Of a DNA stretch of 54,590 nt, positions 16,035 to 26,629 are shown piece after piece (the stretch's first letter is position 1; each line of letters starts with the position of its first letter). The position numbers were made by a program, and so were the translations under genes. The notes beneath the pieces are model-generated. The model was not told the origin of the DNA and ran no database searches. It saw only the letters and a list, made by a program, of their open reading frames with translations. The stretch lies in IMG/VR virus record IMGVR_UViG_3300006752_000035, positions 1 through 54,590 of that record. The stretch is one strand, 5' to 3'. This stretch comes from a virus. Lineage: Duplodnaviria; Caudoviricetes.

Positions 16035-16311
16035 GTCTACTTAAAATTTCACTCTTAGAAAGACTTGCATTGGCTTTAACGCCACGTTGCTTTGCCTCTT
16101 TAAGAAGTTGAGTCTTATTCAACTTGTCAAAATCGCACCCTTTACCAGAAGCTTTCTTTTTAGTAGCCTTCTTAGTTGAAGTCTTCTTTGTAGAAGCTTT
16201 AGTAGAGGTTTTCTTTTTAGCTTTAGGTGCTGGTGCTGGCTCGGCCATTACTTCTTCAATAACAGCTGGAACAGATCCATAACCTAAAATGCTTTTTAAC
16301 CATTTTATCAT
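16021..16311 (-). CDS. Histone-like K/T/A-rich protein with C-terminal Rho-N/HeH-like helical domain
   Basis: KKTSTK repeats; FDKLNKTQLLKEAKQRGV...SKSEILSRL; AGGAGG RBS; TAAATA on minus strand at 16339-16334. Confidence 0.75.
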   Translation of the reverse strand: MIKWLKSILGYGSVPAVIEEVMAEPAPAPKAKKKTSTKASTKKTSTKKATKKKASGKGCDFDKLNKTQLLKEAKQRGVKANASLSKSEILSRLKSA

Positions 16312-16367
16312 AATTTCCTCCTATAGGAACATATATTTACTAAATATGATACAACAGGAGACTAAAG

Positions 16368-16535
16368 ATGGTTAAAAAATTTATTATGGATAGACTAGGT
16401 GAACGTACTACACTTGACGGTGCTGTATTAATTGGTGCTGGTGTTGCGTTCTTAATCTTTAAGCCTATTGCAAGTATAGTAGCATATGCCGCTATTGCAT
16501 ATGGTGCATGGACTTTATTCAAAAAAGAAAAGTAA
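16368..16535 (+). CDS. Small membrane protein (55 aa, MVKKFIMDRLGERTTLDGAVLIGAG...)
   Basis: Not in track; TAAATA at 16341 and AGGAG RBS. Confidence 0.75.
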   Translation: MVKKFIMDRLGERTTLDGAVLIGAGVAFLIFKPIASIVAYAAIAYGAWTLFKKEK

Positions 16536-16823
16536 TTACATTTTACTTATAGGGAGATCAGAACTAGCAGGCAAGTTCCAAACTTTTTTGCGTTCTACTC
16601 CCTTTTTTTGTGCAAATTTTTTACTATCGCAGTTCTTACATACGTGAAAATAGTTATTATTTAAACGCTTGGGATCAATGCTTCCTCTAGGACGTTCAAA
16701 CTCTGTATCACAATTATCGCATCTAAACACACATATAGTCATATCGCGCTTGTAGGCGTGTTCCTTGCCGGTTTTGCTTTTACGAACATGCCGGGTTTGC
16801 TTTTTAAATTCTTTTATAAACAT
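16536..16823 (-). CDS. Basic zinc-finger protein (CDNC...CKNC)
   Basis: Two CxxC motifs; TAAATA-N5-ATG on minus strand. Confidence 0.75.
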   Translation of the reverse strand: MFIKEFKKQTRHVRKSKTGKEHAYKRDMTICVFRCDNCDTEFERPRGSIDPKRLNNNYFHVCKNCDSKKFAQKKGVERKKVWNLPASSDLPISKM

Positions 16824-16886
16824 AACTATATTTACATTAAGATTATAAAATTATAAACTAAATACATACATAAGATAGGAAAGTTA

Positions 16887-17264
16887 ATGAATTTAGTAAC
16901 ACTTACTCCAGCAGCAGATCAGCAAGTTAGCATTTTATGCAACGAAAATGATTGTTTTGCTATTAGTTTAGATGTAAAAGGAGGAGGTTGTGCAGGATTC
17001 GAGTATGAATGGGGTACAGCAACACAAGAAGATTTGAAAGCAGATGACTTTTTAGTTGAATGTGATCAAGGAAACTTTATTGTAACCGGACATAGTTTAA
17101 TGTTTCTAGCAGGATCAGAAATAGATTATGTAAAATCTATAATAGGATCAACATTTGAGATTAAAAATCCTAACGCCCAAAGTAGTTGTGGTTGCGGTGT
17201 TAGTATAAACTTTGATATAGACAACCTGGCGCAAGAGCCAGATCGTATAATGGAGCTAAAATAA
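16887..17264 (+). CDS. iscA: HesB/IscA-family Fe-S cluster A-type carrier
   Basis: GGGCAGFEY, IDY and NPNAQSSCGCG motifs. Confidence 0.92.
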   Translation: MNLVTLTPAADQQVSILCNENDCFAISLDVKGGGCAGFEYEWGTATQEDLKADDFLVECDQGNFIVTGHSLMFLAGSEIDYVKSIIGSTFEIKNPNAQSSCGCGVSINFDIDNLAQEPDRIMELK

Positions 17265-17265
17265 A

Positions 17266-20200
17266 ATGGCAAGACAAGAAGTAGACATCGGCGTTGAAGG
17301 TAATGACGGAACCGGTGATAGCGTTCGCGAGTCGTTTCGTAAAGTCAACGAAAACTTCAGAGAGATATATGCAGTTGTAGGTAAAGGTGGACAGATTAGT
17401 TTTACCAGCCTAGCTGACACACCTGAAAGTTTAGATGAGTTTGAAGGTGGTGGAATTAAAGCATTTATTCCAGCAGTAAAGCAAGATGCTACTGGCATCA
17501 CTATACTAGAACTTGCATCAGACTCCAGCGAAGCAGAGGCAGATCAAGGAACTGTTGACACTATAGGGTTTGATGTATCAACTCCAGGTAAACTTATACT
17601 TAAAATTGCCAATGTTACAATAATTAAAGATCCAGCACCAGTACTTGGTGGACCGTTAAATGCAGCAGGACAAGTTATTGCAAACGTTGACACCAATAAC
17701 ATTACATCGTTTAACAATGTACACGGTACAGCGTTATCAATAGATGACATTGTGATTGATAAGAAGTTTGCTGACAAGGCATACATTCCACGACAGGCAC
17801 CCGGCGAAACAATTAATGTTCCGGATGAACCAACTGGTGCAACACAGTATGAATTTACATTTAGTATTTTAACAGGTGACAACAGAATCAATGTTACTGC
17901 ACATGGTCTATCTCGAGGATCTGACGGCGCACCTTACGTATTTAAAACTGAAGGTGCTGGGCTTAATTGGCAGAGAACTATATTTGATGCAGATGCAGGA
18001 CAATTTGTTACACAAAGTTCAATTGATACCGACGAAGACGGCAATCCTTTATACGATGCAATTTTAAATAACACAACAATTTATATTGGTGTTCTTGACG
18101 AAAACAACTTAGGTATGTGGTTAGCGGCAGAAGATGCACTACTAGCTGATCCTGCTGAAAGAGAAAGACTTAGACTTAAACTATCATTAATTGATTCAGT
18201 AGAATTAAAACTACTTGATGCAAACTATGATTCATCGTTAGAAGGATTCTTCCTACGTCAACAGGTTATGCCTCGTGAAAGTATTGTTAGACGCCAAGGC
18301 GATAGAATGACAGGTCCGTTAGTATTGCATGACCATCCAGGTGATCTTGCAGGTGCAGGTGCGCCAAACGGCGATGATGACTTACAAGCAGTTTCAAAAT
18401 TATATGTTGATAGTCAGTCACAAGAATCAAGTGCAAACATTTTTGTTAGTACTGTAGGTGACGATGATCAAAGAGTTGCGCCTCCAGGTAAAGAAGGTAG
18501 CTCATTAGCATATGCATATAGAACTGTAGGTGCAGCAGCAAGAAAAGCTGAAGCGGTACAAATTGCATCATCATTTGAACCAGGGCCATACTTACAGGAC
18601 ATTATTAGTTCTAGAACTATTGATCCATCTGCTCCGCCAGTGATTGAAAAATCAAGAGTACTATCCGGAGGCATCAGTGTTGGTGCTGACGGCAATAGAC
18701 TGAATACCAAAACAATTATTGATGCTAACTTAGATTTTATTATAGCAGAAACATTAGCATGGGCACAGAATCAAATTGTTACTAAGGAAACATCTAATCT
18801 TTCTGATATATCAGTAAACTGGACCGGTCGTGTTATTGACACAAAAATTGCTGAAGAAGATTTGCGCAATGGAATAAATGCAGCAACATTAGATTATCTA
18901 AGTAGTGGCTCAGCTAACTTCTTATCAAATAGAACAGCAATTGAATATTTCCAAGATGAGTACAGTAAATCACAAGCAGGTTTAGTTAGAGAAGTATACG
19001 CAACTTTACTACAGTACACATCGCAAGTTGTTGCTAGTGTTATCATAAACAGTGTAATACCATCAAATGAAAGATATCAAAATATTTACGATCAAGAAAT
19101 TATTACTTTTAATTCAGATCAACCAGGATTGGCTGATGTTGCAGCGTTAACATCTACTTCACCGATTGCAGGTACTGGTGGTACACTTCAAATACAACGT
19201 GCTATTATTGCAGGCGGCGTGTTTAGTGCTAGTGATGTACCAGCAACTGGCCAACGCTATGTTATGTTCTTCTCAAATACTGTTAGCGGCACAACTGAAC
19301 GTGGATTTGTAGATGCTGGTGATCCGCAAAACAGAGATTTAAGAGTAGGTAAAATTATTAGAGGTAAAACTTCTGGAGCATTAGGTAGAATTATATCGTA
19401 TGCTACTGGTAATGATACAATTAACAATCCAGGTTCAGGCGGTAATAAAGATAAAGTTGAATTAGAATTATTAAAACCGATAGAGTTTATTATAGGTGAA
19501 AACCTTGAATATGGTAACATTGTAAACGAACGTAATGTTACTATTAAGATCGAAACTGGTACGTATTACGAAGATTATCCAATCAGAGTTCCAACTAACG
19601 TATCACTAGTAGGTGACGAATTTAGACGAGTAATTATTAGACCAAATCGTAGAACATCTCAATCGCCGTGGGCAGGAACTTACTTCTATAGAGATAAAGA
19701 GTTTGACGGACTAACAGGTTCAGCTACTACAAGCATTACAGGAATAGCTGATGCAAACTTGCCAGTATCTGGTGAAGCATATACTAATCCGCTTACAGGC
19801 GAAGTTGACGGCTTCTTTGGTAGACACTATCTAGTTAAGCCTGGATCGCCAAAGAACGTTGATAGACAAGGGCAACTTGCATTTGTCAACCCTGGCAATT
19901 ATGTAAATGCTGCTACACTAATTGAAAAGAATAAAGAGTTTATTAAAGAAGAAACTATTGCGTTTATTGAATATCGTATTGCAAACGGTGGCTTTGTAGA
20001 CTTTAACGGAGTATTTAATCCGCAGTTTAATGTTAACGACGAAGCTAAAAGTAGATATAGAAATTATGTAGCAGATATTGTAGATGCAGTAACTAAAGAT
20101 TTACGTGAAGGCGAAAATCTCAATGTACTATCACAACAAGCTCAAATATATTTTGAAATACAAGAACGTCCAGACGAAGATGGAGTATTAGCTGGCGTAT

Positions 20201-23200
20201 TAGTTAACTTGAAACAGATGATGCAGGACATGGTCATTAACGTTGCGTGGGATGATCCATTTGCAGCTCAATATCGTGGTGCAAGTCATCCTGATCAATA
20301 CATAAATGCTCAGCTGATTGCTGAAGATGGCATAACAGGCGACTCTGGTATTTTAGATAATCAAATCTCATTAATAGATTTTGCTATTGAACCAAATGTT
20401 ACTACTGACGAAACTAATTATAACTGTGCAAAATTATCAACTGATGTTGATGTATTCTTAATGAACGATGCAACAATTTTGCGTAACATGACTGTACAAG
20501 GTCATGGTGGATTTATGTGTGTGCTTGATCCAGAAGGACAAATCCTTACTAAATCTCCATACATACAAACAGGTTCAAGTTTCTCACAGTCACTAAACAG
20601 GCAAGCATTTAGAGGTGGTATGTTTGTTGATGCGTTCTGTGCTAACACTCCGGTAAGAGTAACACAAAAAGAAAGTAACTTTAGATTAAGAATTGAAGGT
20701 GATAAAGACTCAGGACTTTATATTAGAAAGCCACAAACACCATGTCCGTTTTATATTGACGGTATTAGATATCAAGTTAATGATATTATTGAATATGACC
20801 GTGGTGGTATTAACGGCCCTGCAACTGCTACACTTGTACTAGATGTACGTTCAGGTAAAATTAATCCAAATAATTTTAGTGAGTTCTTAGGATTTGAGCC
20901 AGATCCAACTAATACTGTATTGTATCCAAATGGATATGCTGTTACACTACAAACTGCTGGTAACAGATCACAGTTAGGTAATGACTTTACACAAGTTAAC
21001 GATATGGGTTACGGTCTTGTTACTATCAACGGTGGCTTATCAGAAATGGTTAGTATGTTTACATACTATTGTCATACTGCATACTATGCAGGTAATGGTG
21101 GCCAAATACGTTCAGTATCAGGATCAAACGCAAATGGTACATATGGTTTAGTTGCAGAAGGTTCAGATCCAAACGAAGTACCTGATGATGTTAACATGGT
21201 TAATGACATGGTGCAAGGCGCACTTACATTCTCCGCATCCGTTGTTATAACACTAACTGATAATTTAGTAGTAGCATCAGGAGACACAATAACATGTACA
21301 AACAATACAGGTTCTGGTACAGCAATATTCCCTACAGAAGGTAATCAGTTATTCTTAAAAGATGTTACAGGAACATTTGCTGTTGCCGAAGATATTATTT
21401 TAAATGGTGCAACACAAACAGGCATCGAAATTGATATACTTGATACTTCAGGTTATGAAAACATAGAAGAAAAATTATCAATATTCTTTTATGATAACGA
21501 ACATGTACCTACTAACAAAGGCGAACTTGAATACTATCACGCAGATGGTGGCACACCGCTAGGTAGGATTGCACGATATGAATTAGCAAGTGTTGAAATT
21601 GTTGACGGACTTACTGTTGATGGTTATGCTATTGACTTTTCAGACTTAGGCACAGCTGGTTCACCAACTGCAACGGGCTCTGCTTCTTATGTAACTCGTA
21701 ACACTGCTGATGGAGAAACAGATCCACTGACTGCTGTTACCCAAGCAAAAGTAACTATTACTAAAGCTAGAGAACAAGGCGGAATTTATAAAGTAGGCAT
21801 ATTTGCTTCTGAGGATGGCGAACACTATAAAGTTGGCGATACTATGGTAATCAAAGGATCGAAACTAGGTGGCAGCGACGGCACACACGATGCAACAGTT
21901 ACAGTTACATCGATCAATCAGCAACGATTTGCAGATGATAACTTAAATGACAATATTGATACAGGTAGTATTAGAACTTTAAGTATTACAGGTACTATTA
22001 ATGTAATTGCTGATTATACACCATTACGCAGCGGACAAGTTTATAAGGCTAACTTTAGTACAGCAAATGATACATTTGACAATGACGGTATATTACAAGA
22101 TATTCCAAATGGTCAACCTATAAACATTAGACAAAATAATACACATACATTTGGTGAGATTGAAAGTACTGGTGACTTAACTATACGACCAAGTACAGCA
22201 ATTAACTTTAACGAAGATTTAGAATATACATATAGATCAATTAGCTTTGGCTCTAATGACCCAGTCGGTAACCAGTTAGACATAGACGAGTCATTAGTTG
22301 GCTTTGATGCAAGTTACGACTTTGTAAGATTAAACGTAGCAAAAGAAAGAATTAACCTTACAGCAGCAGACTTTGATGCAGCGCAGTTAGCCGTACCGAT
22401 TGGTGCAGGCACAACTATTGGTAACACAACTGGTGATACTACAATTGCTGTTAACAAATTAAGTGAAATTAGAGATATATGGAGAATTAATAATAACTTC
22501 TTAACCGACGGAAACTTTAGACCAGGTGGATTAACTGACGGATTTAGAACATTCGATTTTACTGGTGAACTTCCAAAAATTATAATGTGGAATGGTAAGA
22601 AGCATTATGTGTACAACTATAGAGAAATAGTTGAAAACGATCAAGGAACTGCATTCAATGATAAAAGAAAAATATATGACGAGAATCATTTATTTGCATT
22701 AGTTGATCTAAAAGAAATTACCGAAGTAGAATTAAACTTTGATGAGATTAACGTAAATGGATCTGATGTTCCTTTAACAACTACATTCCCAAGAGTAGTA
22801 GATTATGCAGGCGGCATTTCAGAAGCAAGAATACGTCAAAGTAACAATAAAACTGCTTGGGGACAGGTTAAAATTGCAGGTGATAAAGCACAAGAGATTA
22901 AACTTTATGAGTGGAGTGGCGTTGACTTTAACACCACTGGCTTCTTAGAAGTTTGGGAAGGTGGAGCAGCAGACCCAGATCCAGCAACAGGTTCTTGGAC
23001 ACAGATGCTAGACCAAAATGGTGATCCTATAATACCACGCAGTGTACAGCGCAATAGAGAAACCAATATTACAAGTCAAGCAGTAGGTCTTGTAAGACCA
23101 TTAACACAAACATTCTCAGGAACTATTACATTACGTGCAGGTCTACAAGATGGATCAGCGGGAACTATTACAATTGATATTTCAACATGTAGAGCTACAT

Positions 23201-26200
23201 CACATGACTTCCTTGATATTGGTACAGGATCATTTAACAGTAGTAACTATCCAAATGTTATTTTAGGTTTCCCAGCAGCACAACCATTGCAGGAAAATGA
23301 AGTACAAGAACGTAACAAAGGTAGAGTGTTTTATGTAAGTACAGACCAAGACGGTTTCTTCCGTGTAGGTAGATTCTTTACAGTTGACCAAGGTACAGGT
23401 ACAGTTACATTTGCGGCAAGTATTGCATTGTCAGATGTTGATGGTATTGGATTTAAACGTGGTGTTGTTGTAACAGAATTTAGTACAGATAGTGCTATGA
23501 GTGATAATGCTGACGACACTGTTCCAGTTGAATCAGCAGTACGAGGTTATGTAAATAGACGTTTGGGTTATGACCAAGCAGGTAACACAGTTCCAAATCC
23601 ATTAGGACCATCAGTACTAACACAAAATGGTGCTGTTCCTATGTTGGGCAATTTGAAAATGAATGGTAACACCATTGAAAACATTGCACCAGTTGACATT
23701 AACAGTACTCCTGGAACTACAGCAGTTAACAGAGACTACGTTGATTTACAAACTCAAGAATATGCAACAGCAACAGGACTTAGAGATGTGCAAAATACTG
23801 GAGCATCTGGAAATGAGTTCTTAGGATTTACAAATACTAAAATAGTTTATATCTCAGCTGAAGTAGGTGAAGTTGGTGCTAATGCATCATTTGCAATTGG
23901 TGAATATTTAACAGACAGCACTGGATCTCAAAACTTTGGTAAAATTGTAGGCAACTATTCTAAGTTAGATATTTCAATAGGCAATGTTCTAGTAGTAACT
24001 TATGAAACTGGTCCAGATCTTTATGACGAAGTTAAGCCAGGTGAAGCACCAACATTAATATATGATGGCGATGCAACACTTGATGTAAACGGCAATGTAA
24101 CAGGTATTAGTACAGGTGTTAGTAGAAATAGTTTTGTTGTAGCAGGTCCATATCCTGAAATAATTAATATTTCACAGGAACCATTTGCTGCTGGCTTACC
24201 AGTAAGTGATATTACACTAACAACCCGTAGATTAGAAAATGACGATGATGATACTAACACAGTATTAGATGTTCCAACAGCATACTTTGATATGCAAATT
24301 AATCCAGAAGTAATAATAGATGCTGATGTTAATGCAGCAGCTGATATTCAACAGTCTAAATTATACTTACAAGAAGCAAATAACTACGCAACTGTACTTA
24401 CAAGTATAACAGAAGAAAATGCTATTGACGTAGTAGAAGGTTATGAGTACATAATTACTGATTTAGGAAGCACTACTAATGCAAACTGGAACATCATAGC
24501 AGGCACAACTAGCGTCACTTATACAATTGGTTCAGTATTTACAGCAGACGAACATGGTGTTGCTGGATCGGGTAAAGTAAAACGAACTTTGTCTGTTACA
24601 CCAACTCCAGTTAATTCTGAATCAAGACAAAATAACCAAGCAACATTAGGATTGTCAGCATTTGATATAGCACACTTTAAAGTAACTAGAGGTTATGTAG
24701 AATTAAAAGACAACGGTATTACTTTAGATAAAATTAAGAAAATTGGTATTGATACTGTACTAGGTAATTCTTCAGCTAGTACAGCTAATGTAGCAGAAGT
24801 AACATTTAATACAGTAGTTAACGAAGGTGGCGGTTTACTACACACAGACTTTAACTCTGTTGACGTTAATGGTGATGTAGCATCGCCAGCTGATTATACT
24901 ACCCAAGGTATTTTCCAAAGAAACGGTTCTGAATCTTATAAGATTGTTCCGTTTACAACACAGGGTGCTAAGAATTCATTAGTAAAAACTGATGTAAATA
25001 ACGGCATAACAGCAGACTCTTATAAAATTGGAACTGGTACTACACCAACAGTGCTTACAACAACTACAGCTGACGGGTTAAAACTTACTAACATACAAGA
25101 CGGTGTTATATTAACAGCAGCTGGCGGCATGTCAGACGATGGATTTGGACCTGATGTTAAAATACCAGGTAACGTAAACATTGGTAGAATGGGAGATCCA
25201 GTTGTCATTGCAGTTACAGCATTAGTAGTAGGTACTAGGTATGAAATTACTGATACAGGTACTACTACTTGGAATGATTGTGTTGCAACAGCTGATGAAA
25301 GAGCTAACAACGCTGCATGGAAAGTTGGCGATACTTTTGTAGCAGACGCAACAACTACAGGAACTGGTAAAGTACAGGTAGCTGATAGTTTTACTCGAAG
25401 CATATTACAAGTTGCTTCGGTTACAGCATCAACTAGCCCATATGTAGCAGCTGACTGGATGTATGCTTCGTTTATCGAATCACCAAGAGAAAAAGGATTA
25501 GCAAGTACAGGTATATCACTTGGATACGGTTCAGGTCAAAGTACCACAGGCGGCATTGCTTTTGTTGTTGCTGACGGTGATAACGATACTATAAAGATTC
25601 CGTTTACCTTTAATGTTACTGGCATGACGCCAGACACAACTAGTGCTTACGATTTAGGCGCTCCGTCTTTAACATATAAAACACTTTATATTGATGACGT
25701 TGTTATAACTAATAGTTTACAAACAGGCGATGGCACTACCGTAACCGATAACAGTGGTGCAGTAGATCAATTATATTATGTTAACGCTAAAGGTAGTACT
25801 AACTGGAATGTAAAAGTTGGTATTCCGACAGCAAATGTTGAGTCAGGCGACTTAGTTAGAGTTATAAGCACAGGCGGCAACGGTTCGGGTACGCTTACTT
25901 CATACAAAATAATACATGATTACGAAACAGGTGACATGTGGAATGAAGGTGATGCACTTGTAGGTGGCAATGTAATTGCAAACAACTATCTTAACAGAGG
26001 TTCAGATGGAACAAACACTGTTGGTACTGCAACTAAAAAGTTCGAAGCAATGTATGCTACTACATTCCATGGTACAGCAACACAAGCTCAGTATGCTGAC
26101 TTGGCAGAAAATTACTTAGGCGATGCGGCTCATGAGCCAGGCACAGTATTAGTATTTGGCGGTGAACATGAAGTTACTGTTACTAATTCTAAAGGCGATC

Positions 26201-26472
26201 ATAGAGTTGCAGGCATTGTATCAACTAATCCAGCACACTTAATGAATAGTGCATTAGAAGGTGACCATGTAGTTGCAGTTGCATTACAAGGTAGAGTTCC
26301 TTGTAAAGTAATTGGTAAAGTAGAAAAAGGTGATATGCTAGTAACTAGTGCAATACCAGGTTATGCTATGGTAGATAATAATCCAGGCGTAGGTAGAGTA
26401 TTAGGTAAAGCAGTTAGCACCAAAGACAGTGCCGAACACGGCATTGTTGAAGTAGTCGTAGGAAGAGTCTAA
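17266..26472 (+). CDS. Giant tail fibre/spike: gp9/gp10-type N-terminus, pectin-lyase-like segments, C-terminal intramolecular-chaperone (peptidase G2-like) domain
   Basis: IGVEGNDGTGDSVRESFRKVNENF; GDRMTGPL..AVSKLYVD; GTYYEDYPIRVP.NVSLVGDEFRR; YADLAENY...VALQGRVPCKV. Confidence 0.85.
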   Translation: MARQEVDIGVEGNDGTGDSVRESFRKVNENFREIYAVVGKGGQISFTSLADTPESLDEFEGGGIKAFIPAVKQDATGITILELASDSSEAEADQGTVDTIGFDVSTPGKLILKIANVTIIKDPAPVLGGPLNAAGQVIANVDTNNITSFNNVHGTALSIDDIVIDKKFADKAYIPRQAPGETINVPDEPTGATQYEFTFSILTGDNRINVTAHGLSRGSDGAPYVFKTEGAGLNWQRTIFDADAGQFVTQSSIDTDEDGNPLYDAILNNTTIYIGVLDENNLGMWLAAEDALLADPAERERLRLKLSLIDSVELKLLDANYDSSLEGFFLRQQVMPRESIVRRQGDRMTGPLVLHDHPGDLAGAGAPNGDDDLQAVSKLYVDSQSQESSANIFVSTVGDDDQRVAPPGKEGSSLAYAYRTVGAAARKAEAVQIASSFEPGPYLQDIISSRTIDPSAPPVIEKSRVLSGGISVGADGNRLNTKTIIDANLDFIIAETLAWAQNQIVTKETSNLSDISVNWTGRVIDTKIAEEDLRNGINAATLDYLSSGSANFLSNRTAIEYFQDEYSKSQAGLVREVYATLLQYTSQVVASVIINSVIPSNERYQNIYDQEIITFNSDQPGLADVAALTSTSPIAGTGGTLQIQRAIIAGGVFSASDVPATGQRYVMFFSNTVSGTTERGFVDAGDPQNRDLRVGKIIRGKTSGALGRIISYATGNDTINNPGSGGNKDKVELELLKPIEFIIGENLEYGNIVNERNVTIKIETGTYYEDYPIRVPTNVSLVGDEFRRVIIRPNRRTSQSPWAGTYFYRDKEFDGLTGSATTSITGIADANLPVSGEAYTNPLTGEVDGFFGRHYLVKPGSPKNVDRQGQLAFVNPGNYVNAATLIEKNKEFIKEETIAFIEYRIANGGFVDFNGVFNPQFNVNDEAKSRYRNYVADIVDAVTKDLREGENLNVLSQQAQIYFEIQERPDEDGVLAGVLVNLKQMMQDMVINVAWDDPFAAQYRGASHPDQYINAQLIAEDGITGDSGILDNQISLIDFAIEPNVTTDETNYNCAKLSTDVDVFLMNDATILRNMTVQGHGGFMCVLDPEGQILTKSPYIQTGSSFSQSLNRQAFRGGMFVDAFCANTPVRVTQKESNFRLRIEGDKDSGLYIRKPQTPCPFYIDGIRYQVNDIIEYDRGGINGPATATLVLDVRSGKINPNNFSEFLGFEPDPTNTVLYPNGYAVTLQTAGNRSQLGNDFTQVNDMGYGLVTINGGLSEMVSMFTYYCHTAYYAGNGGQIRSVSGSNANGTYGLVAEGSDPNEVPDDVNMVNDMVQGALTFSASVVITLTDNLVVASGDTITCTNNTGSGTAIFPTEGNQLFLKDVTGTFAVAEDIILNGATQTGIEIDILDTSGYENIEEKLSIFFYDNEHVPTNKGELEYYHADGGTPLGRIARYELASVEIVDGLTVDGYAIDFSDLGTAGSPTATGSASYVTRNTADGETDPLTAVTQAKVTITKAREQGGIYKVGIFASEDGEHYKVGDTMVIKGSKLGGSDGTHDATVTVTSINQQRFADDNLNDNIDTGSIRTLSITGTINVIADYTPLRSGQVYKANFSTANDTFDNDGILQDIPNGQPINIRQNNTHTFGEIESTGDLTIRPSTAINFNEDLEYTYRSISFGSNDPVGNQLDIDESLVGFDASYDFVRLNVAKERINLTAADFDAAQLAVPIGAGTTIGNTTGDTTIAVNKLSEIRDIWRINNNFLTDGNFRPGGLTDGFRTFDFTGELPKIIMWNGKKHYVYNYREIVENDQGTAFNDKRKIYDENHLFALVDLKEITEVELNFDEINVNGSDVPLTTTFPRVVDYAGGISEARIRQSNNKTAWGQVKIAGDKAQEIKLYEWSGVDFNTTGFLEVWEGGAADPDPATGSWTQMLDQNGDPIIPRSVQRNRETNITSQAVGLVRPLTQTFSGTITLRAGLQDGSAGTITIDISTCRATSHDFLDIGTGSFNSSNYPNVILGFPAAQPLQENEVQERNKGRVFYVSTDQDGFFRVGRFFTVDQGTGTVTFAASIALSDVDGIGFKRGVVVTEFSTDSAMSDNADDTVPVESAVRGYVNRRLGYDQAGNTVPNPLGPSVLTQNGAVPMLGNLKMNGNTIENIAPVDINSTPGTTAVNRDYVDLQTQEYATATGLRDVQNTGASGNEFLGFTNTKIVYISAEVGEVGANASFAIGEYLTDSTGSQNFGKIVGNYSKLDISIGNVLVVTYETGPDLYDEVKPGEAPTLIYDGDATLDVNGNVTGISTGVSRNSFVVAGPYPEIINISQEPFAAGLPVSDITLTTRRLENDDDDTNTVLDVPTAYFDMQINPEVIIDADVNAAADIQQSKLYLQEANNYATVLTSITEENAIDVVEGYEYIITDLGSTTNANWNIIAGTTSVTYTIGSVFTADEHGVAGSGKVKRTLSVTPTPVNSESRQNNQATLGLSAFDIAHFKVTRGYVELKDNGITLDKIKKIGIDTVLGNSSASTANVAEVTFNTVVNEGGGLLHTDFNSVDVNGDVASPADYTTQGIFQRNGSESYKIVPFTTQGAKNSLVKTDVNNGITADSYKIGTGTTPTVLTTTTADGLKLTNIQDGVILTAAGGMSDDGFGPDVKIPGNVNIGRMGDPVVIAVTALVVGTRYEITDTGTTTWNDCVATADERANNAAWKVGDTFVADATTTGTGKVQVADSFTRSILQVASVTASTSPYVAADWMYASFIESPREKGLASTGISLGYGSGQSTTGGIAFVVADGDNDTIKIPFTFNVTGMTPDTTSAYDLGAPSLTYKTLYIDDVVITNSLQTGDGTTVTDNSGAVDQLYYVNAKGSTNWNVKVGIPTANVESGDLVRVISTGGNGSGTLTSYKIIHDYETGDMWNEGDALVGGNVIANNYLNRGSDGTNTVGTATKKFEAMYATTFHGTATQAQYADLAENYLGDAAHEPGTVLVFGGEHEVTVTNSKGDHRVAGIVSTNPAHLMNSALEGDHVVAVALQGRVPCKVIGKVEKGDMLVTSAIPGYAMVDNNPGVGRVLGKAVSTKDSAEHGIVEVVVGRV

Positions 26473-26624
26473 TGTCAGAAAAACTAAAAAAACAAGGCAA
26501 AAGTTTTGTACACGAACAAGGAAAGAGGACGACAGTAATTGCAAATCGAGGTCCTCGTTTGCAAGTAAAGATTAATGGAAACCCTAAAGGTTCAGTTTCC
26601 GATAAATATAAAAAACAGGATTAA
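26472..26624 (+). CDS. Small basic hypothetical protein (50 aa)
   Basis: TAATG coupling to the giant gene; fills the intergenic gap. Confidence 0.5.
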   Translation: MSEKLKKQGKSFVHEQGKRTTVIANRGPRLQVKINGNPKGSVSDKYKKQD

Positions 26625-26629
26625 TTCGA

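Noticed and set aside
16340-16522. Track ORF 16340..16522(-)
   Set aside because: The opposite-strand ORF 16368..16535(+) has a late promoter and AGGAG RBS and is the likelier gene.
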